The notes under the pieces: model-generated
Database searches by the model: none
What the model saw: the letters and a program-made list of their open reading frames with translations, nothing else
What the model was told of the DNA's origin: nothing
Source of the DNA: Candidatus Eiseniibacteriota bacterium
GTDB lineage: Bacteria; Eisenbacteria; RBG-16-71-46; CAZAMP01
NCBI GenBank assembly: GCA_965224245.1
Contig: OZ245046.1
Span: forward strand, 2,720,001-2,784,000
Length of the DNA stretch: 64,000 nucleotides
Direction: 5' to 3'
Part shown: positions 59,466-64,000 of the stretch, one piece after another
Position numbering within the stretch: the stretch's first letter is position 1
Layout: the number at the start of each line of letters is the position of its first letter
Position numbers and translations under genes: made by a program

Positions 59466-62400
59466 GTGCCGATCTCATACCGTCCCGCCCCGGTCCTCGC
59501 CGCGCGCGGGGTCCTCGGGGTCGCGGCGACGGTCCTGGCCGCGTCCGCCCTCTCGGCCGCGATCACGAACGCGAATCCGGGCGACGCGAGCGGGCGCGAT
59601 CCTCGAGACCACCGGCCGCTCACCTCGTGGGTGGACCCGTTCATCGGCACCGGCGGGCACGGTCACACGTTCCCGGGGGCGACCCGCCCGTTCGGGATGG
59701 TGCAGCTGAGTCCGGATACGGGCACCTCGGGCTGGGACCGGTGCTCGGGGTACCACGCCTCTGACTCGACGCTCCTCGGGTTCAGCCACACGCACCTGTC
59801 CGGCACGGGCATCGCGGACTACGGGGACATCCTCCTCCTCCCGTTCACCGGCGAGATCGCCTGGGAGCCCGGCGCCCCGGAGGATCCCGACGGCGGCTAC
59901 CGCACGCGATTCCGACACGAGACCGAGCGGGCCGCGCCCGGATACTACCGGGTGCACCTGGACGACGACGCGATCGACGTCGAGCTGACCGCGACTCCAC
60001 GCGTCGGGGCTCACCGCTATCACGCCGCGGCCACCGAGAGCCTGCGCGTGCTCGTGGATCTGATCCACGGCCTCGGGCCCGATCGCGTCGTCGAGTCGTG
60101 GCTCCGCGTCGCCAGCGCGACGTCGTGGGCCGCACACCGACGTTCGGCGGGATGGGCGGCCGACCAGCGGGTGTTCGCGGTCGCGGAGTTCTCACGCCCG
60201 GTGGTGTCCGTCCGGATCCGCGTCGGCGACGAGGAGGTGCTCGCCGCCCCCGCCGCGCTGCTCGGTCGCGTGCGTCACGGTGACGCGGTGCGCGCCGTGT
60301 TCACCTTCGCCCCCAGCGCCGAGCCGCTCGTGGTCGAGGTCGCGCTCTCCCCGGTCGGGGCGGAGGGCGCCCGCGCCAACCTCGACGCCGAGGGCTCCGG
60401 CTTCGACTTCGATCGCGTGAGACGCGAGGCCGATGCGGCGTGGGAGCGCGCGCTGGGTCGGATCCGGGTCAGCGGCGGCTCGGACCGCGATCGCCGCGTG
60501 TTCCACACGGCCCTCTACCACACGATGATCGCGCCCAACCTCTACTCCGACGTGGACGGGCGCACCCGCACCATGGACGGACGCGTGACGTCGTTCGATC
60601 GACCGCACTACACCGTCTTCTCGCTCTGGGACACGTTTCGCGCCCTGCATCCCCTGCACGCGCTGCTCGACCCCGAGCGTGCGGCGGACTTCGTGCGCGC
60701 GCTCCTGGCCGGCGATGCCGCCACCGGTCGCCTCCCCATCTGGTCGCTGGCCGCCAACGAGACGGGCACCATGATCGGGGATCATGCGGTGTCGGTGATC
60801 GCCGACGCGATGGCCAAGGGCATTCCCATCGAGGATCCTGCCGCGGCGCTGGACGCCTGCGTGCGGGCCTGCGACGCGCGCGACCGGGGTCGCGATCTCC
60901 TCGACGCACTCGGCTACATTCCCTGCGACCGCGAGCCCGAGTCGGTCTCCAAGCTCCTGGAGTACGCGTACGACGACTGGTGCGTGTCCGCGATGGCCCG
61001 CCGGGTCGCGGACGCGGGCTCGCCGTCTGATCGCGCGCGCAGGATCCGGGTGGCCGACGCGTTCGCCGCCCGCGCGAGCGCGCCGTGGACGAGCTTCGAT
61101 CCGGAATCGAGGTTCATGCGTCCGCGAACGCTCGCCGGGCGGTGGCTCGAACCGTTCGATCCGCGCTTCGACCTGACGCGCCGGCGGCACTACACCGAGG
61201 CCAACGCGTGGCAGTACACCTGGTTCGTCCCCCACGACGTGGCGGGGCTCATCGACCGGATGGGCGGCGACGCCGCGTTCGTGGCCAGGCTGGACTCGCT
61301 GTTCGCCGCCCCCCCGGTGACCGGCGAGCACACGGCCCCCGACGTGACCGGGCTGATCGGCCAGTACGCCCACGGCAACGAGCCGAGCCATCACGTCGCG
61401 TTCCTGTACGCGTACGCGGGGGCCCCGCATCGCACCGAGGCGATCGTGGGCGAGATCCTCGACACGCTTCACGACGACACGCGCGCGGGCCTGCCCGGAA
61501 ACGAGGACTGCGGACAGATGTCGGCCTGGATCGTCTTCGCGATGCTCGGGCTCTACCCCGTGTGTCCCGGACAGCCCACGTACGTGACGTGCACGCCGCG
61601 CTTCGATCGCGCCGAGATCCGCTTCGGCCCCGGCGGGACCGGCGAGGGCTCGGACACCCGGAGGCCGTTCGTGATCGAGGCGGGGGGCGATGGTGCGTAC
61701 GTGCGCGACGCGTCGCTCGGCGGGCGTCCGTTCCGGCGGACGGTCCTGACCCATGCCGAGATCACCGGCGGGGGCACGCTACGCGTGACCCGTGGGCGTG
61801 AGCCCGATCTGTCGCGCGGTCGCGAGCCCGACGACCGTCCCCCGAGTCCGGCGCCGGCGGACGTGACGATGCCCCCCGTGATCGTGGCCGAGGCCGAGTC
61901 GTTCGTCGATTCGCTTCGCGTGACGCTGGATACGCCCCCGGGCACCGATGCATTCGTCACGCTCGACGGCACGGCGCCCGGTCCGCCGGCCACGCGCCAT
62001 ACGGGTCCGCTCGCGCTCGTGGAGGACACGCTGGTTCGCGCGCGGGCGGTCGAGCCGGGAGCCCGCCCGAGCCGGACCGTGTGGCGGCGGTTCGTGCGCG
62101 TGCCCGGGCGCCAGATCGTCGAGATCACGCACCCGTACAGCGAGCTGTACACCGCGGGCGGGGATCGCGGTCTCGTGGACGGCCTCTCCGGCTCCACCGA
62201 CTACGCCGACGGCCGATGGCAGGGCTACGAGCACCACGACCTGGACGTGCTCGTCGACCTCGAGGCGCCGACGCCGATCCACTCGATCACGCTCGGGTGC
62301 CTGCAGGACGTGGGCGTGTGGATCTTCCTGCCCGAGTTCGTGGACGTGGCGCTGTCGCAGGACGGCGCGATCTTCACCGACGTGGCCCACGTGACCCACA

Positions 62401-62573
62401 CCGAGCCCCAGGACCGGCGGGACGTGTTCACCCACGAGTTCCGCGCGGACTTCGATGGACGCGAGGCGCGCTACGTCCGCGTCCGCGCCCGGAACGTGGG
62501 AACGTGCCCGGCATGGCATCGTGGCGCCGGCCGGCCGTGCTGGGTGTTCGCCGACGAGGTCGGGATCCGGTAG
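59466..62573 (+). CDS. GH92 alpha-mannosidase with C-terminal Fn3-associated and F5/8 type C-like domains
   Basis: 'VDPFIGTGGHGHTFPGATRPFGMVQLSPDT', 'FSHTHLSGTG', 'FSLWDTFRA', 'SKLLEYAYDD', 'TEANAWQY', 'QYAHGNEPSHH', 'GNEDCGQMSAW'; C-terminal 'ARYVRV...WVFADE'. Start approximate. Confidence 0.93.
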   Translation: MPISYRPAPVLAARGVLGVAATVLAASALSAAITNANPGDASGRDPRDHRPLTSWVDPFIGTGGHGHTFPGATRPFGMVQLSPDTGTSGWDRCSGYHASDSTLLGFSHTHLSGTGIADYGDILLLPFTGEIAWEPGAPEDPDGGYRTRFRHETERAAPGYYRVHLDDDAIDVELTATPRVGAHRYHAAATESLRVLVDLIHGLGPDRVVESWLRVASATSWAAHRRSAGWAADQRVFAVAEFSRPVVSVRIRVGDEEVLAAPAALLGRVRHGDAVRAVFTFAPSAEPLVVEVALSPVGAEGARANLDAEGSGFDFDRVRREADAAWERALGRIRVSGGSDRDRRVFHTALYHTMIAPNLYSDVDGRTRTMDGRVTSFDRPHYTVFSLWDTFRALHPLHALLDPERAADFVRALLAGDAATGRLPIWSLAANETGTMIGDHAVSVIADAMAKGIPIEDPAAALDACVRACDARDRGRDLLDALGYIPCDREPESVSKLLEYAYDDWCVSAMARRVADAGSPSDRARRIRVADAFAARASAPWTSFDPESRFMRPRTLAGRWLEPFDPRFDLTRRRHYTEANAWQYTWFVPHDVAGLIDRMGGDAAFVARLDSLFAAPPVTGEHTAPDVTGLIGQYAHGNEPSHHVAFLYAYAGAPHRTEAIVGEILDTLHDDTRAGLPGNEDCGQMSAWIVFAMLGLYPVCPGQPTYVTCTPRFDRAEIRFGPGGTGEGSDTRRPFVIEAGGDGAYVRDASLGGRPFRRTVLTHAEITGGGTLRVTRGREPDLSRGREPDDRPPSPAPADVTMPPVIVAEAESFVDSLRVTLDTPPGTDAFVTLDGTAPGPPATRHTGPLALVEDTLVRARAVEPGARPSRTVWRRFVRVPGRQIVEITHPYSELYTAGGDRGLVDGLSGSTDYADGRWQGYEHHDLDVLVDLEAPTPIHSITLGCLQDVGVWIFLPEFVDVALSQDGAIFTDVAHVTHTEPQDRRDVFTHEFRADFDGREARYVRVRARNVGTCPAWHRGAGRPCWVFADEVGIR

Positions 62574-62587
62574 GAGCCGCCGCGCGC

Positions 62588-63100
62588 CTACGCCGATGCC
62601 CGGTTCAGCCGGTGACGCCACCGCCCGAGCACGCGGTTGATCTGGTGGTCACGCGAGAGGAACTTGATCACCGGTGACGAGCGCCGGCCCATGCGTGCGA
62701 TCGTGGCCACGATGAGCCCGTGGTTGGGCTCGATCGAGAGCCCCCGCGCCAGCGCCTCGTAGGCGTCACCCCGACGTCCGCTGAGCAGATAGACCCGCCC
62801 GAGATTGCAGTAGAGCTGGGCGTTGAAGGATTCCCGGCCCACCGCGTTCTCGCAGAGCCGTGTTCCCTCGTCAAATCGTCGCTCGGCGCGCGCGAGGCAC
62901 AGCCCGTAGTACGACTCGATCTCGGCGCTCTTCGGATCCAGCGTCGCCGCACGCCGGAACAGCCGCAGGGCCTCGCGCGGATCGTTCTTCTTGTCCAGGA
63001 GAACGCGTCCGGCCGCGGCGAGCGTGATCGGATCGTCCGGATTCACACCGTTCGAGTGCGAATGAGGGACGTCCTTCCGAAGTGCGCGCGTCGTTGCCAT
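62588..63100 (-). CDS. Short TPR-repeat protein with basic C-terminal tail
   Basis: 'EALRLFRRAATLDP', 'SYYGLCLA', 'LYCNLGRVYLLSGRRGDAYEALARGLSIEP', 'MGRRSSPVIKFLSRDHQINRVLG'. Confidence 0.8.
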   Translation of the reverse strand: MATTRALRKDVPHSHSNGVNPDDPITLAAAGRVLLDKKNDPREALRLFRRAATLDPKSAEIESYYGLCLARAERRFDEGTRLCENAVGRESFNAQLYCNLGRVYLLSGRRGDAYEALARGLSIEPNHGLIVATIARMGRRSSPVIKFLSRDHQINRVLGRWRHRLNRASA

Positions 63101-63280
63101 GATCGGAACCCTCGCAGCGGTTGGGGTGGTGCGACTGGTCGCTCTCGACACATCGAGACGCCCGTTCGGGGATGCAGAAGACGTTCCGTCGCCACCGGTC
63201 GATGACGGCCGAAACGACGGCCGTCCCGAGCCGATCCTGCCGGTCGACGGCGTGGACACGCTCGGGTAGACTCGCCAACC

Positions 63281-64000
63281 ATGCAAAACGAGGACACGCT
63301 CATCGTGGGCGCCGGTCCGATCGGACTCGCATGCGCGGTATCGGCCAGGCGCCGGGGCATCGATCCGCTCGTGGTGGACGCCGGCGCGATCGCCCAGTCG
63401 ATCGTCGGATATCCGATCGGCATGACGTTCTTCACCACCCCCGACCTCCTCGAGATCGGGGGACATCCCCTCGTCTGCCCCGCCCAGAAGCCGACGCGCG
63501 AGGACGCCCTGATGTACTACCGGGGCGTCGCCCGAGCCGAGGGGCTCCGGGTCCGTACGTACACGCGGCTGCTCGGTGCCCACCGGACCGACGACGCCGG
63601 CTCGCGCCCCGTTCACGCCGATCTGGCCACCGAGACGGGGACCGTCCAGATCCGGTGCCGTCGCCTCGTGCTCGCCACGGGCTACTTCGAGACGCCCCGG
63701 CGCCTGGATGTACCGGGAGAGAGCTCGCCCCACGTGAGTCACTACTTCGACGAGGCCCATCGCCACTACGACCGGGACGTGGTCGTGATCGGCGGCGGAA
63801 ACTCGGCGGTCGAGGCGGCCCTCGAGCTGTTTCGGGCCGGTGCGCGGGTGACGATCGTGCACCGCCGCGACGACTTCAAGCGCACGATCAAGTACTGGGT
63901 GCGCCCCGACATCGACAATCGCATCGCGGCCGGCGAGATCGCCGCGCGGATGTCGTCGCGCGTGGTCCGCTTCGAGCCGGGCGCGGTCGTCGTACGCGGC
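63281..64000 (+). CDS. ypdA: YpdA-family FAD-dependent (putative bacillithiol) disulfide reductase, truncated by the window edge
   Basis: MQNEDTLIVGAGPIGLACA...SIVGYPIGMTFFTTPDLLEIGG...KPTREDALMYYRGV...ATGYF...PGE...VSHYFDEAH...VVIGGGNSAVEAALELFRAGA...IKYWVRPDIDNRI. Missing from the ORF track because it has no stop in the window. Confidence 0.9.
   Translation, partial: MQNEDTLIVGAGPIGLACAVSARRRGIDPLVVDAGAIAQSIVGYPIGMTFFTTPDLLEIGGHPLVCPAQKPTREDALMYYRGVARAEGLRVRTYTRLLGAHRTDDAGSRPVHADLATETGTVQIRCRRLVLATGYFETPRRLDVPGESSPHVSHYFDEAHRHYDRDVVVIGGGNSAVEAALELFRAGARVTIVHRRDDFKRTIKYWVRPDIDNRIAAGEIAARMSSRVVRFEPGAVVVRG

Noticed and set aside
59333-59764. Amber read-through joining the 31-aa ORF to the in-frame 133-aa ORF
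   Set aside because: The downstream frame is an Arg/Pro-rich shadow of GH92, and there is no pyl machinery in the window.
53351-64000. PIG-L protein as bacillithiol BshB linked to ypdA
   Set aside because: The PIG-L protein is a roughly 900-aa exported multidomain type, not a small cytoplasmic BshB; no bshA or bshC is in the window and the genes are 7 kb apart.

Overview
A very GC-rich bacterial chromosomal segment with about 44 CDSs. I found no rRNA, tRNA, CRISPR array, transposase or integrase. Five secreted proteins end in a T9SS/FlgD-like C-terminal domain and one ends in a 'SWGxIKxxYR' tail; by inference this points to an FCB-group lineage such as Eisenbacteria, Krumholzibacteriota or Latescibacterota. 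Main content in order: a BNR-repeat secreted protein; nagD; a multi-zinc-ribbon protein; a two-adaptor/MacB-permease/TolC/TonB-receptor/DUF4249-like operon with no ATPase; an M28 peptidase; a large sigma54-preceded secreted protein; a TMTC-like TPR glycosyltransferase; an SPFH-RHH operon with a palindromic operator; an MFP plus two RND permeases; an S9 peptidase; FG-GAP and GH-A-clan secreted proteins; a DEAD-box helicase; a small secreted protein convergent with a TPR-wHTH protein; an imuA-imuB-dnaE2 cassette with tandem LexA-like boxes, back-to-back with a cobalamin riboswitch and BtuB-like receptor; an esterase; a GAF-degenerate GGDEF protein; DUF72; a PIG-L/DUF4266/DUF3570/apbE operon; an SSS symporter; an orphan pilin; Trm112; GH92; a TPR protein; and a truncated ypdA. 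The most notable signal missing from the ORF track is a complete small transcription unit at about 59.1-59.4 kb: AT-rich IHF-like tract, sigma54 promoter, GGAGG RBS, 31-codon ORF and 3' hairpin. All family calls come from motif recognition by eye, not database searches.
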